Positions 16,960-26,134 are shown, counted from the first letter of the stretch. The stretch is DNA of 64,000 nucleotides from an uncultured Bacteroidales bacterium (GCA_964371595.1 CAYJNJ010000005.1:5625-69624), one strand, 5' to 3'. A program made the numbers and translations. The notes: a model not told the origin generated them from the letters alone.

Positions 16960-18227
16960 CGCTCGTTCAGGATTGCTTTGGCATAATTGGTCCAGCTCAT
17001 ATCCCGGGAGGTTTCTTCAACATTCTCCCGGGGAATTGGCTTCCCGATCGATTTTATCATGACATCGGCCATTGAATCAATATTCCCGGGTTCTGCCAGG
17101 TAGCCGTTGTAGCCGTCCCTGACCGTTTCCGGGAAATGCCCCACGCGGGTTGCAAGTATCGGCATCCGGAAATTATAACCGATGGACTCGACACCGGATG
17201 GAGTGGCAGTCAGGTAATACAGCATGATCGCATCACTCACCTGGAAATACTTATGGACATCTTCGTTGGGAACGAAGCTATTTACCACCGTCACCTTATC
17301 TTTAATTCCAAGCTCTTCGATCAGTTCGAGCGGCCGGTATTGCCTCTCATCGTCCTGCTTGCGCAGGAAAACCGATTTGGCGGCGGAAAAAACGGCATTC
17401 TTGATCTTTGTCGACATTTTCTTTGTGTCGAGGGTCTGCCAGAAAGATTCGCCCACGATCAACAGGGAAACATCATCCCTTTGAGCGGCGACCTTGGCAA
17501 AGGCTCTGATAACATCATGCAAACCCTTGTATTTCCTGATAAACCCAAAGAAGAGGAAGACATTTTTATTCAATCCCAGTCCCCTCTTCTCCTCTTCAGT
17601 CTTAAAATCCGGATCGGGCTTGAACATATCATAAACAGGGTGGAAAAGCTTTACAACCCTTTTTCCTTCGCCCTGTGGCGGCTTGCCGGGTTCCAGGAGC
17701 CTGAATGTTTTCCCGGGAAATAATACCTGGAGCTCCTTAAATGTTTTTAATGCATGTACAACATAGGAATGAGCGTGTTTAATCCCCATCCGGGTGAAGC
17801 TCATATCAATCTTGCTGCCTTCTTTTTGGATGACAAAATGAAGGTCGAAAACCACTTCGAGCCCTTTTATCCTGCTAAGCCTCCTGCCGATATAACCCAG
17901 CGGAAGGCCCTGGATTGCAATAGCCCATTGAAAGATGACCATTTTCGGGCCTATTTCCCTGATCAGGTTAACGGTTTTCTGCCAGCTCCGCGGGTCGTTG
18001 TAATTGGTGATATAATGGACTTTGATCTTCGTTCCTTCGAGAAGGTCGGCTTTGCTGCTGCGGTCGATAAAATCACGCGGGATGATGGCAGGGTATTGCT
18101 GGGTCCAGGAAACAATAAAAATCTCGGCAACATCAAGTTTGTCGAGGGCTTTGGCCAGGGAGGTGTTATAATTGGCAATCCCTCCCTTGAATTTCGGGCC
18201 GGGGCCAAATACGACGATTTTATCCAT
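16956..18227 (-). CDS. Glycosyltransferase family 4 (GT-B fold)
   Basis: C-terminal GT1/GT4 signature PSGVESIGYNFRMPILATRVGHFPETVRDGYNGYL. 4-nt overlap with the kinase gene. Confidence 0.8.
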   Translation of the reverse strand: MDKIVVFGPGPKFKGGIANYNTSLAKALDKLDVAEIFIVSWTQQYPAIIPRDFIDRSSKADLLEGTKIKVHYITNYNDPRSWQKTVNLIREIGPKMVIFQWAIAIQGLPLGYIGRRLSRIKGLEVVFDLHFVIQKEGSKIDMSFTRMGIKHAHSYVVHALKTFKELQVLFPGKTFRLLEPGKPPQGEGKRVVKLFHPVYDMFKPDPDFKTEEEKRGLGLNKNVFLFFGFIRKYKGLHDVIRAFAKVAAQRDDVSLLIVGESFWQTLDTKKMSTKIKNAVFSAAKSVFLRKQDDERQYRPLELIEELGIKDKVTVVNSFVPNEDVHKYFQVSDAIMLYYLTATPSGVESIGYNFRMPILATRVGHFPETVRDGYNGYLAEPGNIDSMADVMIKSIGKPIPRENVEETSRDMSWTNYAKAILNER

Positions 18228-18239
18228 CAGGAGGTCTTA

Positions 18240-19298
18240 TCAGAGTTTACCTTCTTTTTTCATTTTTTCGACCGCTGCATTATAAACGCGGGTCATCCCT
18301 TCACGGAGTGAAATCCTTGGCTCCCATCCGAATTTTTCCCGGATCTGGTCCATGTTGCAATAGCGGGAATGCACGCCTACCGGCTTGTCGAGCAAGGGCT
18401 TAATGGTCGCTTTATAGCCGGCAATATCACAGAAAAGGTCAATCAGGTCAAGGAAGGAGGTCAGTTTCCCGGAGCCGATGTTCCAGCCGGAGCCGTCATG
18501 GACCTTCTCCATGAGAAGAAAGATCAGGTCGATGATATCGTCGATATGGACGAAGTCCCTGCCCTGCTTACCACTGCCCCAGACTTCGAACGGGTCTTCG
18601 TGGCGGGATGCCCTGGCGGCGATTGCCGGAACAGGATAAGAGAGGTCCTGGTCTTCGCCGTACCCTGAGAATGGCCGGATACAGACGATCGAAACCCCAT
18701 AATATTTAGCGGCGATCTGTGCAAGGAATTCACCGGTCATTTTCGACCAGCCATAGGTCATATCAGGTACGCCGAGGTTCTTTTTGAAATCGATATCGCC
18801 CTCAGACAATGCGATGGCATCACTTTCTGTCTGGAGGCTGGTCGGATAAGCGGCACTGGAGCTGGGATAGAGCACCCTTTCCGGCTTGTGACGGGTGATC
18901 CAGTAGAAAAATTCGGCATCAATAGACAGGTCAAGTGCAACCGCCATCGGGTCCCCATCGATCTTCAACCTTCCCCCCACGATAGCGGCAAAGTGGAACA
19001 CATCAGAAAACCTGTCAAAATCGAGACCGTAGGTATCCTGCACAAAACGCGGGTTTTCGCGGAACTTAAAAAGGAAGTTCCGGAAATCCCCCTGCCAGAA
19101 ATACAGGCGTTCATCTTCCCCGATAATTTCAACATCCTTGAACTTCCGGGATGTAAAATTCTTCATCCAGGTAGAAGGATGCGTGCCAATCGAAAGGTCA
19201 TCGATAATAAAAACCTTATCCTTTGTAGAGTTCAGTAACCTCCGGGTCATATTTCGCCCGACAAAACCGCAACCACCAGAGACTAAATGTATCTTCAT
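18240..19298 (-). CDS. NAD-dependent epimerase/dehydratase
   Basis: GGCGFVGRNM Rossmann motif and YGWSK (YxxxK). I chose the start at 19298 (MKIHLVSGG). The longer ORF translates repeat DNA. Confidence 0.85.
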   Translation of the reverse strand: MKIHLVSGGCGFVGRNMTRRLLNSTKDKVFIIDDLSIGTHPSTWMKNFTSRKFKDVEIIGEDERLYFWQGDFRNFLFKFRENPRFVQDTYGLDFDRFSDVFHFAAIVGGRLKIDGDPMAVALDLSIDAEFFYWITRHKPERVLYPSSSAAYPTSLQTESDAIALSEGDIDFKKNLGVPDMTYGWSKMTGEFLAQIAAKYYGVSIVCIRPFSGYGEDQDLSYPVPAIAARASRHEDPFEVWGSGKQGRDFVHIDDIIDLIFLLMEKVHDGSGWNIGSGKLTSFLDLIDLFCDIAGYKATIKPLLDKPVGVHSRYCNMDQIREKFGWEPRISLREGMTRVYNAAVEKMKKEGKL

Positions 19299-19317
19299 AG
19301 TTATTTTTGTGCTTAAA

Positions 19318-19378
19318 ATTCCAAATACCAAATACCAAAAACCAAATAAATTCCAAAATTCAAATTCAAAATTCAAAC
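19318..19378. repeat. CCAAATA / TTCAAAA word array
   Basis: aattccaaataccaaataccaaaaaccaaataaattccaaaattcaaattcaaaattcaaacc. Confidence 0.8.
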
Positions 19379-19379
19379 C

Positions 19380-19421
19380 TTTTCCCCCTCTCCGTTTGGA
19401 GAGGGGGTCAGGGGGTGAGGT
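19380..19421 (-). repeat. GC-rich stem-loop element, copy 2
   Basis: tttccccctctccgtttggagagggggtcagggggtgagg. Abuts the GT2 stop codon at 19421-19423. Confidence 0.85.
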
Positions 19422-20419
19422 CAAATTTCTTTTACATCCACATTCGCTGTCTTCGAGACCAGATACCTGTTCCTATCGATTGAAATCCTCGAAATCATTT
19501 CCGCCAGGAAGCCTGTCAGGAAAAGAAGGGTCCCCAGGATCATCATGGTTAACGACAGATAAAAATACGGACTGTCAGCCAAAAGCATCGATTTGATCCC
19601 GTGTTTTAAGTAATATATTTTTTGCGCGCCAAGCCAGGCTGCCGAGAGAAAGCCGATCAGGAACATCATTGTGCCGATCATCCCGAAAAAATGCATAGGC
19701 CTGCGCCCGAATTTCGATACAAATGTGATGGATAAAAGATCGAGATAGCCTTTAATGAAGCGGTCGAGGCCGAATTTAGTAATGCCGTATTTCCGGCTCT
19801 GGTGGGCGACTACTTTTTCCCCGATCCGTGTAAATCCCGCATATTTAGCCATGACAGGGATATACCGGTGCATTTCACCATAGACCTCGACATTTTTGAT
19901 CACCTCATTCTTATAAGCTTTCAGGCCACAGTTAAAATCATGCAGTTTAATGCCCGAGATTTTACGTGTTACCCAGTTGAAAAACTTTGAAGGGATAGTC
20001 TTTGAGATCGGATCGTGCCGTCGTTTTTTCCATCCCGAGACCAGGTCGAAATTTTCATCCATGATCATCGAATACAGTCCGGGTATTTCTTCCGGCGAGT
20101 CCTGCAGGTCGGCATCCATGGTAATGACCACATCGCCCAGTGCCGCTTTAAAACCGCTGTTCAGGGCAGCCGATTTGCCATAATTCCTCCGGAACCTGAT
20201 GCCTTTGACATTTTTATCCTTCCGGCTCAGGTCTTCAATGATGTTCCATGATTGGTCATTGCTGCCGTCATCGACAAATATCACTTCCCAGGAATAGCGA
20301 TGCGATGCAAGGGTATTTACAATCCATTTATAAAGCTCACCGATTGATTCCTCTTCGTTATAAAGGGGTATGACAATAGAAATATCCATCATCTCGCGAT
20401 TAAGAGGCCGGCTGTTCAA
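19421..20419 (-). CDS. Family 2 glycosyltransferase, polyprenyl-phosphate sugar transferase type (C-terminal TM helices)
   Basis: SIVIPLYNEEESI, VIFVDDGSND, DADLQD (DxD). The start may instead be MMDISIV at 20392, which would remove the overlap with the upstream gene. Confidence 0.85.
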   Translation of the reverse strand: MNSRPLNREMMDISIVIPLYNEEESIGELYKWIVNTLASHRYSWEVIFVDDGSNDQSWNIIEDLSRKDKNVKGIRFRRNYGKSAALNSGFKAALGDVVITMDADLQDSPEEIPGLYSMIMDENFDLVSGWKKRRHDPISKTIPSKFFNWVTRKISGIKLHDFNCGLKAYKNEVIKNVEVYGEMHRYIPVMAKYAGFTRIGEKVVAHQSRKYGITKFGLDRFIKGYLDLLSITFVSKFGRRPMHFFGMIGTMMFLIGFLSAAWLGAQKIYYLKHGIKSMLLADSPYFYLSLTMMILGTLLFLTGFLAEMISRISIDRNRYLVSKTANVDVKEI

Positions 20420-20930
20420 AATTAGTGTTCTCTTTCTTAATAAAAATACTGGTAATCAGGCTGATTATTATTCCTATAATAAAATTACCGAGTAAAGCGA
20501 AAATCGTTACCCATCCGACGGTTTGAAACATCGAAGCAAGCTTCATTCCCTGTTCAATTTCCATATCCGTCATCCCGCGGTCAAGCATCTGCTGCTCAGT
20601 CTGAAGCATCACTTCTTCCATAGCACCAGGATCGATGAATTTGAAGAAGATGAAGGTGTAAACCCCCACGATGATGGCAAGGACAAGGCTGGTAACCATT
20701 CCGACCATGAATGCCTGGCCGTATTCGATAAACCCGTTGGAGTATTTATTCCTGTAATTAAGCTGGGAAAGCACGATCCCGGCGATTAGCACGGCATAGG
20801 AAAGGAATTGCAGCGGTTTGTTCTGATCAAGGTTCAAAAGGAAAAGGATAAGACTGAGCACGATGATTGCCAGTGATATGATCACCCCGTATCCAAGGCA
20901 GATCATGAAAAGAGAAGGTTTTTTTTCCAT
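20400..20930 (-). CDS. Multi-pass membrane protein (DUF4199-like)
   Basis: 176 aa, 4-5 hydrophobic helices. Family assignment is from memory of Bacteroidota DUF4199 proteins. Confidence 0.55.
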   Translation of the reverse strand: MEKKPSLFMICLGYGVIISLAIIVLSLILFLLNLDQNKPLQFLSYAVLIAGIVLSQLNYRNKYSNGFIEYGQAFMVGMVTSLVLAIIVGVYTFIFFKFIDPGAMEEVMLQTEQQMLDRGMTDMEIEQGMKLASMFQTVGWVTIFALLGNFIIGIIISLITSIFIKKENTNFEQPAS

Positions 20931-20969
20931 AGGAAAAGGGTTTTAGGTTATTGCAAAGCTAACAAAAAT

Positions 20970-21132
20970 CGAATTCCAAATTCCACATTCCAAATTCCAA
21001 ATAAATCCTATAATTCAATCTTAAAATCCAAAATATTTTGAATTTGTTTTTTTCGGAATTCGAATTTATTTGGTATTTGGTGCTTGGTGCTTGGGATTTA
21101 TTTGGTATTTGGTGCTTGGTATTTGGTGCTTG
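20970..21132. repeat. Inverted word arrays: AATTCCAAAT-type (20971-21008) facing ATTTGGT/GCTTGGT-type (21055-21132)
   Basis: cgaattcc at 20970 is complementary to ggaattcg at 21055. Both arms are tandem 7-8 nt words. Confidence 0.8.
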
Positions 21133-21167
21133 CCTAATGTAGGGTGCTTTGTATATTGAAAAATAAC

Positions 21168-21175
21168 TATCTTTG
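21168..21175 (+). promoter_or_regulatory. -7 box TAtcTTTG upstream of the SRP RNA
   Basis: TAnnTTTG match about 6 nt before the predicted 5' end of the RNA. Confidence 0.55.
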
Positions 21176-21180
21176 TCGCC

Positions 21181-21276
21181 GGGTAAGTCTTATGCGACCA
21201 GCTCCCGTTGAACTCCCCCAGGTCTGGAAGGAAGCAAGGGTAAATGGTTGAGCGGTGCGACATAAGGGGCTTACCC
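21181..21276 (+). ncRNA. ffs: Small (4.5S-type) signal recognition particle RNA
   Basis: Conserved domain IV core CCCAGGTCTGGAAGGAAGCAAGGGTAA. The 5' GGGTAAGTCTTATGCGACC pairs with the 3' GGTGCGACATAAGGGGCTTACCC. Followed by TTTTTTATTT. Confidence 0.8.
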
Positions 21277-21288
21277 TTTTTTATTTGA

Positions 21289-21395
21289 GGGTTTCAATGT
21301 TCCAGGGTTCCAAAGTTCCAGGGTTCCAAGTTCCAGTTTATTTTTTATCAATATTCACCGTTCACCGCTCACAGTTCACGGTTCACCGTTCACTG
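21289..21395. repeat. GTTCCARR octamer array (21289-21336), then TTCACCG-type heptamer array (21354-21395)
   Basis: Read directly between the SRP RNA and the next gene. Confidence 0.85.
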
Positions 21396-21410
21396 ATTCG
21401 TTGTAATTCG

Positions 21411-21418
21411 TACTTTTG
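21411..21418 (+). promoter_or_regulatory. -7 box TActTTTG 6 nt before the ATG at 21424 (would give a leaderless mRNA)
   Basis: TAnnTTTG match. Confidence 0.4.
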
Positions 21419-21423
21419 TGTAG

Positions 21424-22035
21424 ATGTTACTGAAGATTTACGATAAAAACCCCAACGAGAAAAACATCCGGGAGGCCTCTAAGATCCTGGAAGACGGCGG
21501 TGTGATCATTTTCCCTACTGATACTATTTACGCTATTGGCTGCAGTGTTTACAGTCCGAGGGCGCATGAAAGGATTGCCAGGATAAAGGGCCTGAATCCC
21601 AAAAATGCCAATTTCTCTATCCTTTTTTATGATCTCAGCCATTTATCGGAATTTACACGCCCTATCAGCAACGAGGTTTACAAAATGATGAAGCGCACGC
21701 TGCCGGGGCCTTATACCTATATCCTGGAAGCCAACAGCAATGTCCCGAAAATACTGGGCATCAAAAAGAAAACTGTCGGTATCCGTATCCCCGACAACCC
21801 GATTTTACTGGAAATCCTCAAAGAATTAGGCAAGCCGATTATGTCGACTTCGGTCCATGACGATGATGAGATCGTTGAATACACTACCGACCCCGAGTTG
21901 ATCCATGAAAGATATGAAGACCTTGTTGACCTTGTGATCGACGGCGGCCACGGCGACAACGAGCCCAGCACCATTATCGACTGCACCGGCGATGAGATGG
22001 TGGTGGTGAGGGAAGGAAAAGGCGAAATAGAGTAG
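21424..22035 (+). CDS. L-threonylcarbamoyladenylate synthase family (YrdC/Sua5/YciO)
   Basis: 203 aa. IIFPTDTIYAIGC and LPGPYTYIL motifs typical of YrdC-domain proteins. Confidence 0.8.
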   Translation: MLLKIYDKNPNEKNIREASKILEDGGVIIFPTDTIYAIGCSVYSPRAHERIARIKGLNPKNANFSILFYDLSHLSEFTRPISNEVYKMMKRTLPGPYTYILEANSNVPKILGIKKKTVGIRIPDNPILLEILKELGKPIMSTSVHDDDEIVEYTTDPELIHERYEDLVDLVIDGGHGDNEPSTIIDCTGDEMVVVREGKGEIE

Positions 22036-22065
22036 TGTTAAGTGTTGAAGGTTAAGGGTTAAGTG

Positions 22066-22094
22066 CGGGAAATTATTTTTTTTTAATTTTCCCG
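22066..22094 (+). terminator. Hairpin CGGGAAATTA-T9-TAATTTTCCCG downstream of the YrdC-family gene, flanked by TTAAG word repeats
   Basis: Near-perfect 10-bp stem with a T-rich loop. No canonical 3' U-tract. Confidence 0.35.
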
Positions 22095-22127
22095 AACCCA
22101 GCCCTTAAAACTTAAAACTTAAAATTG

Positions 22128-22135
22128 TATCTTTG
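22128..22135 (+). promoter_or_regulatory. -7 box TAtcTTTG upstream of tRNA-Lys
   Basis: TAnnTTTG match 13 nt before the tRNA 5' end. Confidence 0.5.
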
Positions 22136-22148
22136 CGCCCTCGTTTGA

Positions 22149-22221
22149 GATTCTGTAGCTCAGCTGGTAGAGCAACGGCCTTTTAAGTCGTGGGTCCCGG
22201 GTTCGAATCCCGGCAGGATCA
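22149..22221 (+). tRNA. tRNA-Lys (anticodon TTT)
   Basis: GATTCTG-TA-GCTC..GAGC-A-ACGGC-CTTTTAA-GTCGT-..-CCGGG-TTCGAAT-CCCGG-CAGGATC-A. Confidence 0.9.
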
Positions 22222-22224
22222 CTC

Positions 22225-22442
22225 CTTCATTGCACATTGCACATTTCTCAATACCAATTCACAATTCATTTTCCATTGTCCATTGTCCATTTTCGATTGT
22301 CCATTTAAAATATTGAGAAATGATACTGCTATTGTGAAATGAGAAATGAGAACCCAAATCATTGTCGATTGTCGATGTAAATTTTGATTTTGAATTTTTG
22401 ATTTTGGATTTGTTTGGTGCTTGGTGCTTGGGATTTGGTGCT
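22225..22442. repeat. 218-nt spacer made almost entirely of short word repeats (ATTGCAC, CCATTGT, GAAATGA, ATTGTCG, TTTGATT, TTGGTGC), plus the inverted pair catttctcaata / tattgagaaatg
   Basis: Read directly. Confidence 0.8.
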
Positions 22443-25400
22443 TTATCTCACTAGCATCACCACCCCTACTCTCTCCTGGTTCCCTGCAACACCATCCACC
22501 GAAAATACGATCTTGTAAACATAAACTCCTCCCGGACAGTCCTTTCCGTTTTTCTTCCCATCCCAGCCGTTTACGATACCGTCAGTTTCAACAACAAGCC
22601 CACCCCATCGATCGTAAATGCTTAATGTTGAATGTTGAAGGTTGAATGTTGAATTCGGGAATTTTATTTGAAAGATGTCGTTTATGCCGTCACCGTTAGG
22701 ACTAAAGGCGTTTGGTACATAAATCTCAAAATCAGGAATTTCTTCGGATGTCAGTTTTACGTAAACGGAATCTGAACCTAAACAACCTACGGGCGACTCC
22801 ATCTCCACCTTGTACATTCCTTCGGCAGTGATGATAATGCTTTCGGTGCTGTCGCCGGTATTCCATAAATAGGAAGATAATCCGGTTCCTGCATCCAGCA
22901 CATCTCCGGCGTGCATCTCCAGCGTGTCAGTACCATGGAAAGCCGCTACAGGATTTTCACTGACGATCAGCTCGATGCTTTTCTGGTCGGTGCAGCCGAC
23001 ACGGTCGGTGGCGAGGAGGGTGTAGAGGCCGGAATTGGAAGAGGAGACTGAAAAGAAGAGGGGATCATTACTGGAAGTATCGCCGTCGGGATAAATCCAT
23101 TGATAATCGATCGGGGGCTGGTTGCCAACTGCAATACTCATAATGCTGGCAAACTGCCCGGTGCAAAAGGTTTTGCTCTGATCCAGGATGATCTCTGGCG
23201 GCTCATAAATTTTCACTTCCCCGGTCTGAAATTCTGCCGGGATGGGATTGCCGGAAGAATTGGTGAAATAGCTTTCTGTTTCGCCTGTGTACCAGGAAAG
23301 CTCTCCCTGCCCGGGATTTTTCGTGGTGAAAACAAGGTCGGCGACTTTTTCTGTTCCTGTGAAAGTGACAGCGTTTGGTGCATTCCAGGCTAAATGAATA
23401 TCACCTGCAAGTGGATCGACCCAACCTGTAAGACTGTCGGCAAGCTGCGGATGGACATTTGCAAAGCCTTCGCACTGAAGGTTGTCGGCATTGAAACCGA
23501 GTTTTAGATGGAAATCCGCGACATTATTAAAATTGTCAACATTAACGGGAATCAGTGCTGTAGAATTTTCACAAATGCCTTCTTCACCAGTTACAGCATG
23601 CAGAAAAGTCAGGATAACATTCTGGATTTCAACGGTGAAAGTCGTGTCGCAGTCATTTTCGTCTTTCACTATACAGATATATGTACCTGCAGCTAAATTG
23701 TTAAAGGTTCCATTGTTCGATTGATAAGTATTTCCGCTGTCATTGGAGTAATAGAGCGTTGTAGTGCTGCCAGTTGCAGTAATTTCAATCGAGCCGTTTC
23801 CCAGGAAATCGGTCTCATCTGTTACAACTGGCGGCTGGACCTGCGGACCGGGAATATCTTCTAATAGAACCGGATTATCAATATAAAATCCATAGCACCC
23901 AATCCCATCCGTAACCCGTACCACGTAACTCGTACCAAAAAGATCAGAGAAAACACTGTCAGCCTGGTATGTTGCGCCATCATCGATTGAATACTGCAAC
24001 GCAGAACCGGCAGGCGAAAAAGCGTGAATGATGATCTCCCCATCTGGCCTGCCACAGTGCGGTTGGGTGAGTTCAACATCTAGAACCTGCAGATTTCCTG
24101 CATCTTCGATGGTGAAGACTTCTGAAACCGTTTCGCAGCCGTTGCCGTCGGTGATGGTAAGCTGGTACTGCCCGGCGGGAAGGCCCGATGCATCTATGTT
24201 CGTCCCGTAGGGGTTGCCGGAGAGGTCGAGCCATTGGAAGGCGAAGGGCGGAGTGCCAAGAGCAATGAGTCCGGTTATTGATCCGCTTGCACCGTTGCAG
24301 GTTGTGGGGATGATGACAAGATTGGTTTCGTCGATGATTGTAGGTGAGTGAAAGCCTACATGGATGGTATCATATCCTTCGCAGCCGGACTCGTTGAACC
24401 GACCTCTCACCCAATAGTTACCGCTATCTGAAACAGTAATCGATGAAACGCCGAACTGGCCGGTTGACCAGGAGAAGAAATCGGCTTCGCAATTGGCATT
24501 GAGCTTAATGGAAGCGCCATCACAGATCATGGTGTCGGGGCCAAGATCAGGTTGAGGTGAAGGTGAGATTTCGATTTCTCTGGATGTATGCTCATATCTC
24601 CCGGAAGGATACCAGACATCGACCTTTACCTCATGAACGCCAGGATTTTTAAAAGCGTATGTTGGAGAAAGCTGCCATGAGGTGCTTCCGGGTCCGTCAT
24701 CGAAATCCCATTGAATGGTCTGAGGAGTAGGGATGAAGTTCGGTTTGAACTGGACCGGGTAGCCCTGACATTGCTCGCCGGTCCACTCGAAGCGGAGGAG
24801 GTAATCTTTAAGTATATTTGGTAATCCACCGGGGAGCGGATTTGGAAACATATTAATTGCTTTATCCTCATAATCACAACCAACGCCTCTGATCCATGGC
24901 TTATGAATAACACCTATACAATAAAAACTTTCAGTTCCCCAATAATGGGTATAACCATATATCTTTCCATCCCTGGCCAACTGCAATTCACCTGAAATGC
25001 CTCCGCCTACCGATATGGCTGAATTATAGAACAAGATACTATCCTCAATTACTTTCATATCGAATTGATAGATATGACATGAATCATCCTGATTAGTAGG
25101 TTCGTTGTAGCTGATGTATAAATATTTAGAATCCGGTGAGAATTCCATGCCTGCTACATAAGGACAAGAAAAGTTTACCGGTCCCTGGTTATACATATAC
25201 TCGCAGGTTCCATCTATTGCATTAAATTTACAAACTTCAAGTCTTTCAACCAGATCTGATACCAGGTATTTCTTATCGTATGAAATTTTAATAAAACCGT
25301 GAAGGCTTTCCCAGTTTGGATAGAATTGATCGGGCATAGGCGAGAGCACCGGGTCGGGATGGAAACCGTCCTCATCAACCAGGAAGGCTGCATAAGCATC

Positions 25401-25934
25401 CTCTTCATATTTTCTGACAACCACCCAGACATTTTCGGAATTATCCTGCCGGACGATAGCAATACGGTCACCCACATCCCATCCGGCGTCAACCGGGATA
25501 TTTTTTTCGGTCACAGCCCCCCAAAAACCCACACGCAAATCTACAACGGCATATTTAAGACCCGGATTGGAATGAGTGGGCCAAACTGCCGTAAAAACAT
25601 AATACAGGCTATCCTGTCCGGGCCATTTGACAATAACCCTTCCTGACTTACCAGGACTGGGCATATTTTCACTGTTTTGCATGATGCCATGAGCATGAAA
25701 AATACCTTGCCAATCCGAACAAAAAAGAAAATTACCAAGATCATCTGAAATGGTTGCATTTGCCATTCCGGCCCGAAGTTGACCATCTTCCAGCTTTACC
25801 GGTACCCCGGTATTAAAATCCAATCCGGCGGTATCCTGGAAGTACCAGACATTGGCTTCATTTTGGGCAAATATTCCTGTCGAAAAGAATAATGATAGGA
25901 GTAAAATAAACCAGAAGGTTTTCAGGGTTTTCAT
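22443..25934 (-). CDS. Large secreted protein with a T9SS type-B (gliding-motility CHU_C) C-terminal sorting domain, a PKD domain, SprB-type repeats and a cohesin-like module
   Basis: Signal peptide MKTLKTFWFILLLSLFFSTGIFA. PKD (WDFDDGPGS..H.YAF.NPGVHEV). CNGASGSITG..PPFAFQW repeats. C-terminal YVPNAFSPNGDGINDIFQI...YDRWG. Confidence 0.8.
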   Translation of the reverse strand: MKTLKTFWFILLLSLFFSTGIFAQNEANVWYFQDTAGLDFNTGVPVKLEDGQLRAGMANATISDDLGNFLFCSDWQGIFHAHGIMQNSENMPSPGKSGRVIVKWPGQDSLYYVFTAVWPTHSNPGLKYAVVDLRVGFWGAVTEKNIPVDAGWDVGDRIAIVRQDNSENVWVVVRKYEEDAYAAFLVDEDGFHPDPVLSPMPDQFYPNWESLHGFIKISYDKKYLVSDLVERLEVCKFNAIDGTCEYMYNQGPVNFSCPYVAGMEFSPDSKYLYISYNEPTNQDDSCHIYQFDMKVIEDSILFYNSAISVGGGISGELQLARDGKIYGYTHYWGTESFYCIGVIHKPWIRGVGCDYEDKAINMFPNPLPGGLPNILKDYLLRFEWTGEQCQGYPVQFKPNFIPTPQTIQWDFDDGPGSTSWQLSPTYAFKNPGVHEVKVDVWYPSGRYEHTSREIEISPSPQPDLGPDTMICDGASIKLNANCEADFFSWSTGQFGVSSITVSDSGNYWVRGRFNESGCEGYDTIHVGFHSPTIIDETNLVIIPTTCNGASGSITGLIALGTPPFAFQWLDLSGNPYGTNIDASGLPAGQYQLTITDGNGCETVSEVFTIEDAGNLQVLDVELTQPHCGRPDGEIIIHAFSPAGSALQYSIDDGATYQADSVFSDLFGTSYVVRVTDGIGCYGFYIDNPVLLEDIPGPQVQPPVVTDETDFLGNGSIEITATGSTTTLYYSNDSGNTYQSNNGTFNNLAAGTYICIVKDENDCDTTFTVEIQNVILTFLHAVTGEEGICENSTALIPVNVDNFNNVADFHLKLGFNADNLQCEGFANVHPQLADSLTGWVDPLAGDIHLAWNAPNAVTFTGTEKVADLVFTTKNPGQGELSWYTGETESYFTNSSGNPIPAEFQTGEVKIYEPPEIILDQSKTFCTGQFASIMSIAVGNQPPIDYQWIYPDGDTSSNDPLFFSVSSSNSGLYTLLATDRVGCTDQKSIELIVSENPVAAFHGTDTLEMHAGDVLDAGTGLSSYLWNTGDSTESIIITAEGMYKVEMESPVGCLGSDSVYVKLTSEEIPDFEIYVPNAFSPNGDGINDIFQIKFPNSTFNLQHSTLSIYDRWGGLVVETDGIVNGWDGKKNGKDCPGGVYVYKIVFSVDGVAGNQERVGVVMLVR

Positions 25935-26009
25935 CTTACATCATTATGAAGATCGTTAAGGATGAAATGGGTGGGATAAAAGTAGGAAATATATAGATAA
26001 AATGCAAGT

Positions 26010-26134
26010 GCTGGCAGATTCCCGCTTTCACGTTGCCGGCAGATTCCCGCTTTCACGTTGCCGGCAGATTCCCGCTTTCATGTTGCCGGCAGATTCCCGC
26101 TTTCATGTTGCCGGCAGATTCCCGCTTTCGCGGG
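26010..26134 (+). repeat. Tandem 25-nt repeat GCCGGCAGATTCCCGCTTTCAYGTT, 4 units. A fifth unit is completed into a full hairpin
   Basis: Units at 26010, 26035, 26060, 26085 and 26110. There are no spacers, so this is not CRISPR. Confidence 0.9.

Noticed and set aside
26010-26134. Possible CRISPR array (regular 25-nt direct repeats)
   Set aside because: The repeats are directly adjacent with no spacers, there are only about 5 units, and no cas genes are nearby. It is a tandem repeat of a half-hairpin.
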